From: Takakia lepidozioides
Lineage: Eukaryota > Plantae > Bryophyta
DNA length: 64,000 bases
Assembly: GCA_030704615.1 (NCBI GenBank)
Contig: CM060733.1
Coordinates: 68,634,001-68,698,000, forward strand
Direction: 5' to 3'
Below the pieces are notes generated by a model. It ran no database searches. It was not told the origin of the DNA and was given only the letters and a program-made list of their open reading frames with translations. The position numbers were made by a program, and so were the translations under genes. This document shows, piece after piece, positions 1 to 11,439 of the stretch; position 1 is the stretch's first letter, and every line of letters begins with the position of its first letter.

Positions 1-1570
1 CTCTTCGTTCAAGAGCACTTGGTCTGAACCATCTTCAGACATGATTTTGCCAAGAGAAATCTTGTGGGCTGCCTTCAGCTGAATCTGCTTTGGTCTTGCT
101 CCGGGGCTCAATTTCACCTCCTTTTTTATGATGTCGTGTGCTTCCTGCACAGCCTCACGCATGTTGCCTCTCACCAAGGGGTGGCAGTGGACCCCAACGT
201 GTATGCAAGCTCTAGTCAAGTCCGGGAGCAAATGGATTACGTAATATTGCTTGGCTCTGCACATGGACATGCACGTCGGTGGTTCTTTGCAATGTGCGCA
301 CTTGAAAGTACCCGCAGGAGCTTGGCTGGAGACAATGAATGGATGATGGGTTGTGCCAGTCCAATCCGTCTCATTTCTCCATCCTCCTTTGGAGAGAAAG
401 TGGAAGCAGGCGGGATTGAGGTACCTCAGCTTCCCCGCACAGAGGACGTATCGTACACGAACACCATCAGTAATTTTCGTGCTACTGGTCTTTGTCACAC
501 ACCAGGGGTGTCCGTCATGCTTTCGATCCATGTCTGTTAACATCCCTGAGGCTTTGTTTGACAAAGTAACAGGTGGAAACTCGAAGATGACATTGCCATC
601 GACTTCGGGATGTAGATACGTTACCTTCCTGACTGGAAATTTGGCATAGTCGAGAGCAGCCAGCTCGGAGCGAAACCATCGAGGTGATGTTGCCGTAGGA
701 GCTGCACAATGGACCGGGTTGGAGTTATGCTCGAGGGTACATGCGTAGCACCTGCAGAGACGTCCATGTCAGATTTGAACGACCGTGTGGAGGACATGGG
801 GACCTCAATGCACTCATCTTCCTCGTCGGAAATGTCGAATACGTCCACACGAGAAGCTATGGAGGGTCTTGACGGTCCAGGTCGGGAATGATTATCGTTG
901 CATACCTCTCTGTTGGCAGTGGCCGCCTGTCGGTTTCCCGACTCCTTTGTGGATGGTGTGGGCAGCGACTGGTTCGGAAAGGGAATGGGCATTCCCACAG
1001 CTCGGTACAGGATGGTGTCTGATGGGGGTACGTACCATTCTATTCCGCAACCTCCGTCGTTACCTAGCACGACAAATGGTCTCGTCAACCTGTCTAGGAA
1101 CATCCTTCCTTTCTTCTTCCAAATAAACTCTGCCCGGTTTGAGCTTGAATTTGGAACAAAGGTAAGTTTCATTCACTCTGCAAAGTCCTCCCTCGTTTGG
1201 GATCCAGGCTCTCCCAAGTTGCGAAGGACAGCAAACTATAGCGTAGGAATTCGGAGCCATCGAAGACCGCACGAAGTTGGCAAGTGCGAGGTTCAGTATA
1301 GCGACAGACCAAGGCTCACAGGCACCATCTAAGTGGATCTGCGGAGACCATCGACGATTGGAAGTCGCACATTGAAGTGGAAAGTATTGTTTCAAGCTAC
1401 ATGCATGAAGGTGGGAGGTGTGATTCCATATCCAGTAAGTCTGACAATGATGGCCGATTCGGCGACGAAATAACATCTCCTGACAGTTTCTCTTGAGGGT
1501 GGATCCAGCAGTATTCTCGGTGCAGACATGAACGTTCGCACTGACAAGTGCCAGGACTGTTAGTTAAAAC
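1..1570 (-). pseudogene. MULE (Mutator-like) transposase, 5' part with GCM-like Zn DNA-binding domain; continues off the left edge
   Basis: Inverted near-copy of 24814-26370. ORF 621-1172 encodes ...VVLGNDGGCGIEWYVPPSD..., with a 1-bp frameshift near 672 relative to the second copy. Homology to copy 2 begins at GTTTTAACTAAC (1570). Confidence 0.85.
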
Positions 1571-1654
1571 GGTTAGACAACCAAGTTGTGCTCATTAAGA
1601 TAGGCCGCAATTGTGTTGTTTCGGAACAATGCAGCCCATTGAGGTTCCGCATGC

Positions 1655-2470
1655 GGAAATGAGGTTCCGCATTTCCGTCCAGAGTGATACTTTCGATTGC
1701 TGTTGGACGGAAATACGGCGCCGCATTTCCGTTTTGCATCTTAGTCATGCACCAGTGCGACGAAAATGCGGCACACCCCCGTCCGGGGAAACCTTTATAC
1801 TCTCCAGAACGGAAATGCGGGTGCCGCATTTCCATCCAACAAGTACGGTATGTGACAGTGGAACGGAAATTCGGTACCGCTTTTCCGTTCTGATTGAAAA
1901 TCATGAACCACTGGAACTGAAATGCGGCACAGCATTTCCGTCCGAGTCGCACCTTCCGACATTCCACAACGGAAATGCGGCGCCGCATTTCCGTTTTGTA
2001 TCTGAGGCATAGAGCCGAGGCACGGAAATGCGGCACCGCATTTTCGTCCGGTTGAGACCTTCATACTCTCCAGAACGGAAATGCGGTACCGCATTTCCGT
2101 TCTGACTGAAAATCGTGAACATCGGAACTCAAATGCGGCACCGCATTTCCATCCGAGTCGCACCTTCCGACATTCCAGAACGGAAATGCGGCACCGCATA
2201 TCCGTTCTGACTGAAATCGTGAAACATCGGAACGAAATGCGGTACCCATTTCCGTCGGAGTCACACCTTCCGACATTCCAGAACGGAAATGCGGCGCCGC
2301 ATTTCCGTTTTGTATGTGAGGCATGGAGGTGTGGGACGGAATGCGGCAATTTCCCTTCTGACTGAAATCGTGAAACATCGGAACCGTACGCATTTTTTCA
2401 AGGTACGAAAAACGGAAATGCGCATTTTTGTCCAACAAGTACGTGTAAGGTACTTACGGAATGCGCACCC
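1655..2470. repeat. Array of ~22-bp palindromes GGAAATGCGG(t/c)(g/a)CCGCATTTCC with ~53-bp period (TE subterminal/binding-site array)
   Basis: Motif starts at 1655, 1709, 1762, 1811, 1865, 1918, 1971, 2024, 2077, 2129, 2182, 2233, 2285 and 2338. Spacers recur in a higher-order pattern. Confidence 0.9.
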
Positions 2471-3734
2471 GGGCACTCTTTTTGATATGGAAACACGGCG
2501 AATGGCGCTTGCCCTGATTGAGTTTGGCGCGGGCCTGACCGTTGGATATGATGTTTGTTTTTCGGACGGCAGGCATACCTCGATTCGAATTTTGTAATGA
2601 CGCATAGTCCACGAGGAGACACTTTCGTCCAACCTTTCGAGCCCAAGTGGTGCATCACGCCGTTTCATCTTCTTTTCGTGTCTCTCAATCACCCCTCTCG
2701 CGCCCTTTCCATCTGCACTCTTCCCCTTTTTCCCTGTCTCTGTTCTTCTTATGCTCGAACCTGAGAGGGAGGGAGTGCGCACTAGAGAAGAGACATCGTC
2801 GCAAGCTCCAAAAATTGTACTTCGGACGTAGGCCAATGCCGAAGGGGAGGAAGCAGATGCGTCTACAGGAGGAGATTGCCATCTCACAGCAGCAGGCCAC
2901 GCAGGCAACCCAGCCACCAATGAGAGCTCCGTGCTATCGGGATTCGCGCAGCTGATCGAGCACCGAAACCCCCTCATTTTTCTTTGCAATTCTTAGACTG
3001 TATGCTAGGAGACTTGAATGCAGAAGATGTTTGCATGCCTAACCGGAAAGGTGGACGTGCTGAGGGATCGCAGGAATCCAAAGAGCCGCAGGAAGAGTCC
3101 GTGGAGCTAGCTGCAGCACGCACACCCAGCCGATCCACGAGCACGGTCTTCCTGCCGGGCCTAGCCCTGCGTTTCAAGGACGCGGCTTTGAAGGGCAAGT
3201 CTTTGCAAAGCCCCAGAGAGCGACTCGCGTTCAAAGGTCATGGAGAAATCGCCAGCAGGGGTCGGGCCCTTCTCCAGCAAAGACGAAGAAGAAGCAGCTC
3301 GTCCTTCAACTTGTTTCTGAACCGGATCAGGCCGTTTCCCCCCCACCCAGGCGAATGAAGCAGATTCAATTGCAGCAGACACCTTCACTGCAAGAATGAG
3401 GAAGCACAAGGCAATCAGGGGGAGGGCGGAGCAGTCTCCCGCAAAACCGATTCCACGAGCTGAAGCCCAGTTCCTGCTTGATTTCCAGCCTGGTGATGTT
3501 GGGGGCGTCTCTGCTGCAGCGAAGGCAATGGGATCGACCGATTTGTCGATCTGGTACCGGAGGGTGCTGCCGCTCAACGTTCGCAGCAAGACCTGACCAC
3601 CTTGAGGAAGATCTTCAGAATACTGCAGGCCCGGAGGAGGCCTCTGCAATTGCCGAATTGCCCGCAAAGATTCCCCAGAGTGCAGCTCCAGTTGGGGATG
3701 CTCCAGCTGCTCAGCCCCTACCGCCACCTATAGA

Positions 3735-6700
3735 ATGTCTCCGGAGGAATTCCAAAGTGCAGCGGATACAATGTTGGAGGAGACACACAGTAGCATTGGC
3801 AGAGTTCTGGGCAGCAGGGTATTCCAGCGGACTCTTCGAATCCCACTCTGTCGCATGGTCTCCCTTCCCATCGTCAGGCAGGCACTTCCCGGAGATGTGG
3901 ATAAGCTCAAGTTCGCATTTCGAGAAGGGTACCGTCTAGGTTCGCCAGCCTTCTACGTTTCCCCTTGAGAATGAGGACGGCGAATCTCGTGGACCCACTG
4001 CGGATGAATTGTCAACCTGGGATACCCACTGGCACACTCGCAACACGAATTCGAGGCAACGCTGAAGGGTGATCCAGACTTCGGCCATATGTCGGGTAAA
4101 ATGTTCTTTGTGTGGGACGGGAATCACCGACTTCTTGCCTGGTGGGAGTACATCAAGCAGAACCATGCCAAGCACATTGGCTGGCATTACATGGTGGAGT
4201 GTGTCATCCTCAAGGTGAAGGCGGCAGACTCCTCCCTGCTCAAGAATGCCATGGCGGACCTCAACTCGTAAGATACTCATACCCTCCCAAGCACGTTCGA
4301 AATGCGGTGCCGCATTTCGGTTTCCAATCTGTTTTGTTTCCGTGCTTCCGTGGACTGAACTGGAGAGTGTGCCTTGCAGGGTCACTGAAATGCGTACGTG
4401 CATACCCACATGGCACATATGCTGTACAGGGTGAGGAAAACTGGTCTCACTGATCCGCACATGTTTGCGGAAATGCTGGAGCCCGAGCTCATTCAGAAAG
4501 CCGTGGCAAAAACTGACCGGACATGGTATCGTCTCACTATGGATGGAATGGTGGAGGTGATATACGAAGTAAGTCGTCCTCCCATTTCCCTCTGCTCATC
4601 CTTCCCCAATTTTCAGTAATCTTTCCACATGAATCGAATGTAACGCTTCTGCATGTTTTTGTTGGCAGTCAAACATCAAGCTGGATTTGGCCCATGCCAA
4701 ACGCTTCTTCATGGAAAGTGAGGGGCAGGTCAAAACGTTGCAGTCATTGACTGAGCACTTGAAGGAAGCCGGGTCAAGTCCAGAACAAAATACAAGTCAA
4801 AGCTTGTGAAGCTGGTGGCCATTGCAGATCCGGCACTTGGAAAGGACTTCATCCCCGAGATTGCAAAACACTATTCTCGGGCCATGCAGCCGACCATGCA
4901 GTTGGAGAAACTGCATCACCTCTCAACGGCATGTGTTGAGGCAAAAGAGAAGGTGAGGTTTCAATGCACTGAAGTTCCTTCCTAGCAATAGCCACTCTTC
5001 TTCCTGCTCCTGACATTGGATCGGAAATGGCAGACACGGTGGCTGTCGATCTGGAATGCATCGGAGAGTATAAGGACAATGTGGTCTTTTCCACTCGAAG
5101 TTTCCGACCCTGCAGTGGATGTGTGGCTCAACCGCATGACTTGGTGGTTCCAGGTAATTCAAGGTACTTCCCCAGATTTGCTTTTCTGAAATGAATTCCC
5201 TGAACTGCTACGTGACAATGCATGTGGGAATCGCAGGTAATGACGAATGCGAAGGAGCAAGTCGTAATGCATACAAATTTGTTCGGCTTGTACGTCAAAT
5301 GGGATGGAACACAGACACGGGAAGACTACGTGACACGTTCAGATGTGCGTACAAGGACAACCTCTTCGCCAGGCTGCAGACAGCAAGAAGGAGCGTGGAG
5401 TTTACACATCAGGAGGGAGCGGAAAAGCTGCAATGCGAATTGTTTACAGGTGAAGCCCAGCTGTCCTTGTATGCGAAGCCTGGTTATGAGGTTTGTCTGG
5501 GAAATGCGGCACCGCATTCGCATTTTATGTTTTCGGTTGCACTCTGCGAGTACGTTGGTCTCAACTTTTGCTCACGCATGCTGACTGCCCTGCAGGTATA
5601 TGAAATACGTGCTTCTTCAGACAGGGGCCCTGGCTCAAGAGCCCCCGTTCTTCATGGCTTGGACCGTGGCGGGCCCAAGCTGTGTCTACACACCCGAGAT
5701 GCAGAAACAATGGCATGCCGCGCATCTCGTTGGATGCCCGTGGTACCTGGACATGTCTGGCGGAATTGTTGACGAGTCTGAGAAAGATCTGCACGCGAAA
5801 GCAGAGAGAAGAGAAAGGAAAGACGTGTCCCTGCTGGGCCAGAGTCGGCAAAGGAAGCTGCTGCTCTGGAACAATCCAGAAAGGCAGCTGAGATGGCACA
5901 GAAGACGGTGGATGCAGCTGTGCAGGCTCAACAGAAGGGGTCGAAGAAGAGGACTCGCCAGCAAGGAGCAGCAGTTGTGACACCCAAGAAAACGAAGAAG
6001 CAGAAACAGATATTCAGGAAGAGGTGAGAAGAGGACTCCGATGGAGACTTTGCAACCAGCCCACCCCCCGAAACGCAGCTGAAACCCCTGTGCCCACCGT
6101 TGTCACGAGAGGGACGAGAACTGGCTCGGCAAAGAAGGCACTCTTCAACCCCCGGGGGGCACCCTTTCGAGCCGGTGGAAATGAAGAGGCCGAAAGTGGA
6201 TCCCGATACAGTAGTCCAGTGTGTAAATGAGAGTTTCTTGGCGGCTTTGGATGGACGGGCAGCCAAGTTGGCATACATGAAGACCATGGAGGGTCTGAAG
6301 GGCAGAGCACTGAAAGGCGGCTGCCGAAGAGCCTTCCGACACCCCTGGGTTTCTGAAGATGGTCTCGTTCTTTGAGAGGGTGTGTGCAGACAAGGATTGC
6401 AGGAGGGGCGGAAATGCCACCGAGTGGTCTTGCGATATGATCATCTTGGATATTCCGGACGGAGAGCCTGTGGAAGGACTGCAAGCTTTGCCATCTTGGA
6501 ACAGGTACTCCGAGGACTTTTGGAAGAAAGGATTCGGGCTCGCCCGCATGGTGTTGGACGACAGAGGCTGTGTGGTTGTCCTGGCGAGCAGAGGCAAAAA
6601 CACGCAGACAGGAATTGCGAAGTGGACCCGCAGAGCGCCGTCCCAATTCTGAAGAAGAAGTGGACGTGCATCAACACATTGGGCCTTCGGTCGAAAGGGA

Positions 6701-7926
6701 AGAAGGTAATTACGACATTGGCACTCGTCCTTTCATTTTCTTAGGAGTTTTGAAATGCGGTGCCGCATTCGATTTCTAATCGTTCCCCACTGTGTATGCA
6801 GACAAGCAGTTCGATGCATACTGCTTTGTGAAGGAGAACTCCACCTTTGCTTTCCGGAAGGAGGGATTGTTGTTGACCCGAACTGCGACCCCATCGATTA
6901 CGACGTCTGTTCAACAACGTTCCCACGGAACTTCTCCCTCATAGCCTCACTTCAACGGAACCCCTGCGGTATTCACGGACTCGGAGCCCTGCCTTCATTC
7001 AGACAATTATGGAGACATGCACTGACGTGGAGGGCACAGTGCTCGACCTCATCTGTGGGACAGGTATGCAGAATCTTGTTGTATGTTGTTCTGCAAATTC
7101 TCGTTATGCTTTAATTCGCAACATCTGAAGGGCCATGTCATAATGTGTGGATGGCATTGTAACAGGTGCCTCAATGTGGGCTGGGCGGTTTTCCGACCGG
7201 CACCTCTTTGCCTACGAGGAGGACACATCCGTCTGGGGATCCCATCTGGAAGGGCTGCAACGGAATGTGAAGGCTCCCAAGCCAAGACTCCTCGGATTCG
7301 TCGAAGTCGGAGGAAGAGAGTGGACATTGATGCCGAGGAGAACCCGGAATACGAGTGAGTGCAAAAATTGTAAGTTTGCAAAGCCTTCTGGGTGATTTTT
7401 GTCAAACGCATTTCCGGACTGTGGTTCTCATTGGTCTCGTTGGTGATTGTTATGTGCAGGATTCCAGGATCCGGGTCGAAACATGTAGGGCCTACACTTC
7501 CTGCCAGGAAGAATGTCCCGTTCTTTGCGAGGGCCGACTTCATGACGAGCCCGGTGAAGGACTACTCCCTTCCTAGTTATGCAGCTAAACTCGCAAATAC
7601 AGCGATTAGACGATGTGAGAATCCCAGTAAAGTAGAGCAGATTTTGGAGAGGGCTAGGGAGGACAGAAGGATAAGGAAAGAGTTGGCAACAGCTGAGACA
7701 GGTAGACGGGTGCGAAAGTTCATATGTGATTCAGCGGATGAGAGCGATGCAGACAGGGAGGACGACGACCAACGAAGGTGAGATGGTCGGTTCCGCAAGG
7801 GAAGATGGGATTTTCGAAAGCCTGGCCAACGAGCAGTCCGCTGGAGATGAGAAAGGCAATGACGGGGTGGAGGCGGAGCAGGACAGTCAAGGACAGGATG
7901 ACGATAGTGATGATTTTCAAGATTAA
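3735..7926 (+). pseudogene. Multi-exon gene: N-terminal ParB/sulfiredoxin-like domain plus C-terminal beta-class N4C/N6A DNA methyltransferase-like domain; frameshifted
   Basis: MFFVWDGNHRLLAW (4111-4152, DGxHR motif). CDMIILDIPDG (6431-6463, motif IV-like). RSPAFIQTIMETCTDVEGTVLDLICGT-G (to 7063) spliced over GT-AG intron 7064-7165 to GASMWAGRFSDRHLFAYEED (motifs X, I, II). Acidic tail ends at 7926. Compensating frameshifts near 3962 and 4055; others near 6350, 6640 and 6900. Confidence 0.7.
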
Positions 7927-8063
7927 TAGAATTTTAATGAACTCTCTGTACATTTAATTCTCTTCCAGAGTATATAAAGGAAATTCTCTCCCCGTCCTTC
8001 ATGTCCCCTCTCCCATGTGCTTCTCAACGACACAATCGTCCAAACCACGTCCCTCCCAAAATC

Positions 8064-9033
8064 GGAAATGCGGCACCGCATTTCCATGTTGGAACGGAAA
8101 TGTGGCAACTGCAAAAACCTCCTTTGGAAATGCGGCACCGCATTTCCAAAACCGGGGCAAGAACAATTTTCCGTTTCATGGTTTGGACATCAGAAACTGT
8201 TCGGCAACGGAAATGTGCCGCATTCCCATTCTCGACACGGCAGTTTTGCCGATTGCCAGCTCCTTCCATGGAGGTAAATGGATATGCCACCCCGCATGTG
8301 GAGGTCGAACATGGAAATGCGGTGCCGCATTTACATTTTGGAGATGGACGTTTTTCCAACAGCAGACCCATCGACGGAAATGCGGCTCCCCATTCCATGA
8401 TGCTAGACGGGAATGGGGCACCGCATTCCATTGTCCAAAAGAAATTTCGATGACGTACATGGAAATGCGGCGCCGCATTTCCAAACGGACATCGTTGTTT
8501 GTCCAATTCCAGACCCTTTGACGGAAATGCAGCACCGGTTATTGCCAAACATGGAAATGCGGGACATTGAAACCGCAAAAACAGAGATTCCAGACCATCA
8601 CGCGGCCGCATTCCCCGGACATGAAAATGCGGTGTTTCAGAACGGACATCGTTGTTTCCCAATTCCAGACCCTTCGACGAAAATGCGGCACCGCATTCCA
8701 TTGTGCTCTCCGGAAATGATGCGATGACGGAATGGAAATTCCAATGCGATGACGGACATGGAAATGCGGTGCCGCATTCCATTGTCCGATGAAATTTCGA
8801 TGACGGACATGGAAATGCGGTGCCGCATTTCCAGTATGGACATGGACAAGCATTAGCGATTGGACATGCTTGACATTCAGTCCAATTGGTGCCCGCATTT
8901 CCAATTCGAAGTATGGTAATGCCATGTCAAGAATGAAATGCGGTACCTCATTTCCGTTACGAACTACCACCACGAGAAAAGGTAGCTGCAGAAATCGCTG
9001 CATGGAGAAAAATGAAATGCGGTGCCGAATTTC
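8064..9033. repeat. Second array of GGAAATGCGGnnCCGCATTTCC palindromes
   Basis: About 15 full or half copies (e.g. 8064, 8126, 8313, 8461, 8760, 8811) with less regular spacing. Confidence 0.85.
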
Positions 9034-11439
9034 CGAGTCTTCGGCATGTACATGTTTCCTTTTACTCATACATGGAGTTCCTTCACCTCAGGGACTTTGC
9101 TATCGCTGACTCTGGTATATTCATATGGACAGACACATGTAGAAATGAGACCACAAATGTAAACAGTGTGCCAATTACGGCAGTTCTTGAACCAATGAAA
9201 CACAGCACACAGAAGTGAGGTACGATGGGTTGTTTTATTGATCGAACACGGTGTGTCACATTTAGCAACTCCAGACAATCTAAGCCCTTCCTCCTTCTAC
9301 ATGGGCGTCCACCTAGTCCGACGGAACTTCCATAGAGCCCTCAAAAGAGGCTCATTAACTGATGCGGCACCTCGAGGTAAACTGCAATGCGGTCGATCTG
9401 GTGCCCTGGTGGAGCTGACAACAATGTCATGCCCATCAATGATACCACCATCATACATTGACAAGGTCACTGTGGGCCTCATGTGCCCGTGCGATTTGTC
9501 TTCGCAACTCATCGCAGCCGAATGTCTCCATACACTAGAAGAGCGGAGTGAACTCCCACGATATCGTTTTCCTTTTCCCCCGGTGCCGTCCTCCCTGGTC
9601 CCACTGGCAGCAGTTCCAGCGCGCAAAGCGAGGCGTGCGTGATCTGTCCTGCATCCCCACCCACCTACAATTTTCAGGACCCACAGACCGCATGACCCTC
9701 GCCCTCACTCGCTCAACGCGTAATAGCCCTCCCCAAATACTCCATTTGCACACAAAGGACTCCCGCTTGATTCCGAAGCGTCTGTGAAAACAGAGAGCCA
9801 GACAATGATGTTTCTTGATTCTTGTTTGAACATAGCATAATCGTGGCCATGATAAGGGCAGTCTGCAGGATTTCGACGGCACGACATCCTTGAAAAAAGA
9901 GTAGCGAAGTACGCTCAATGACGCAGCTCCCGGATGGAGGAGGCAGGCAGCGCGGTGGCTGGAAGAAGTTCAAGCAAACGCTGCAATTCCTCACAAACAC
10001 TCCAGGGCACAGTTAAATTCCCCCCTATAGGAACCTGCACAATGAAGATTGGCTACTCCATGAAGGTAGCCGTTTCAGTTTCCTTCCCTGCCATGCAACT
10101 ATGGGCAGTAAGTGCCAGGTGGGCCTATAGCCACTCGAGACGACGAAGTCCATCCCCCCTTCGATGAAAATGCGGCGCCGAATTTCCATCCGGGGGATGG
10201 ACTTCGGTGGCAGATTTCAAACTATACCCGTGATGAGAAAGAGGTATCGGTTTATCCACCGCTGGCGTGATGACCACGTTACACGATGAGTGGTGGTACG
10301 TGGGACCCAGATGCTCCATTATTGGAGCCCGCACTGCTCTTCCGCTTCTCATCATTTCGAAATCTAGGGCTCGTTGCGGTCCGCAAGGTCATTGTCATCG
10401 GCATCAAAGACGTCCTGAGGTCCTCCTTTGCAAGGATGCCGTGCTTCCGAACCGGATACGACTGCCCTTATGGAGTCTTCGATTATCAATGTTATTCGGC
10501 CACATCGGGAGACATCGTTATCTGGTACACAGATTACAAGAAATACTGGTTCGAATGTGGAAACATTGTCCGCTTTTGAGTACTCCCCAGGCCACTACGC
10601 CTTCCGAGCGGGTGACGATCTTGGTCTGAGGAGTCCGTGGCCCGCGCAGCCCCTTGATTCCGATTTTCCCAGCTACGACGGGCACCCATGCAGAAGAATC
10701 GCACATGCTATGCTGTTGCGTGGAACTGCTGCCAATGGACGTGGGTGGACTCCATCGGAGAGACGTCTACTCCTGAAGGAGTGCGCTCCTCTTCTCCATT
10801 GTATGGGGACATTCGCATTGGTGTGGACGACGAAAACATGAAGCTTTCCATATTCGATGGTGGCTGATTGAAGGGCACGACATTGTGGTGGAACATCAAC
10901 AGGGGCGGTACAACGGCTGCAATCCAGTTACCTGGGGAGCCCGATGACTCATGAGCTAGTTCTCAGAGCAGTCGATAGTCCCATTACAAACTGACGTTTA
11001 TTCAGAAGCACAGGGCTAAAGATTTGCTTGCACAATTAGCACAGTATAGACGTGCTTCAAATGCAATTCATGTGGATCAATAAAAACCCCATTGTACCCT
11101 CTTTTTGTACTATTCTGTATCCATTGTTCCCAGAATGCATCATTCCTCATTTCGTTTGGGATTGGGAGTGTGGGTGGATTTTGCAAGTGGCTGGTAGGCT
11201 GAAATGGGCCCCCATTGTACAGAGCAGTACCACCCTACCATTCGCGAAACATTGCCTTTCAATATGTAATTCTAAAAAACATTGCCGAACCTCCTTCATC
11301 GGGAGGTCCTTCTCCCCCTATGACCGTGACACCCTAAACCCTATTCCCGTGGACACTCATTTCTGGAAAATAGTCCTGCTCATGTTTTTTTCGACACTTA
11401 CGACTCTGCTCATGGCTCATGCCGCTCATGGCTCATGGC

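Noticed and set aside
1655-2360. CRISPR-like look (palindromic repeat plus ~30-bp spacers)
   Set aside because: Spacers recur in a higher-order pattern, repeats are degenerate, there are no cas genes, and the context is eukaryotic.
1560-2438. Many overlapping ORFs with GNAAPHF/EMRHRIS repeats (also 8001-9069)
   Set aside because: These are translations of the palindromic DNA motif in all frames on both strands.
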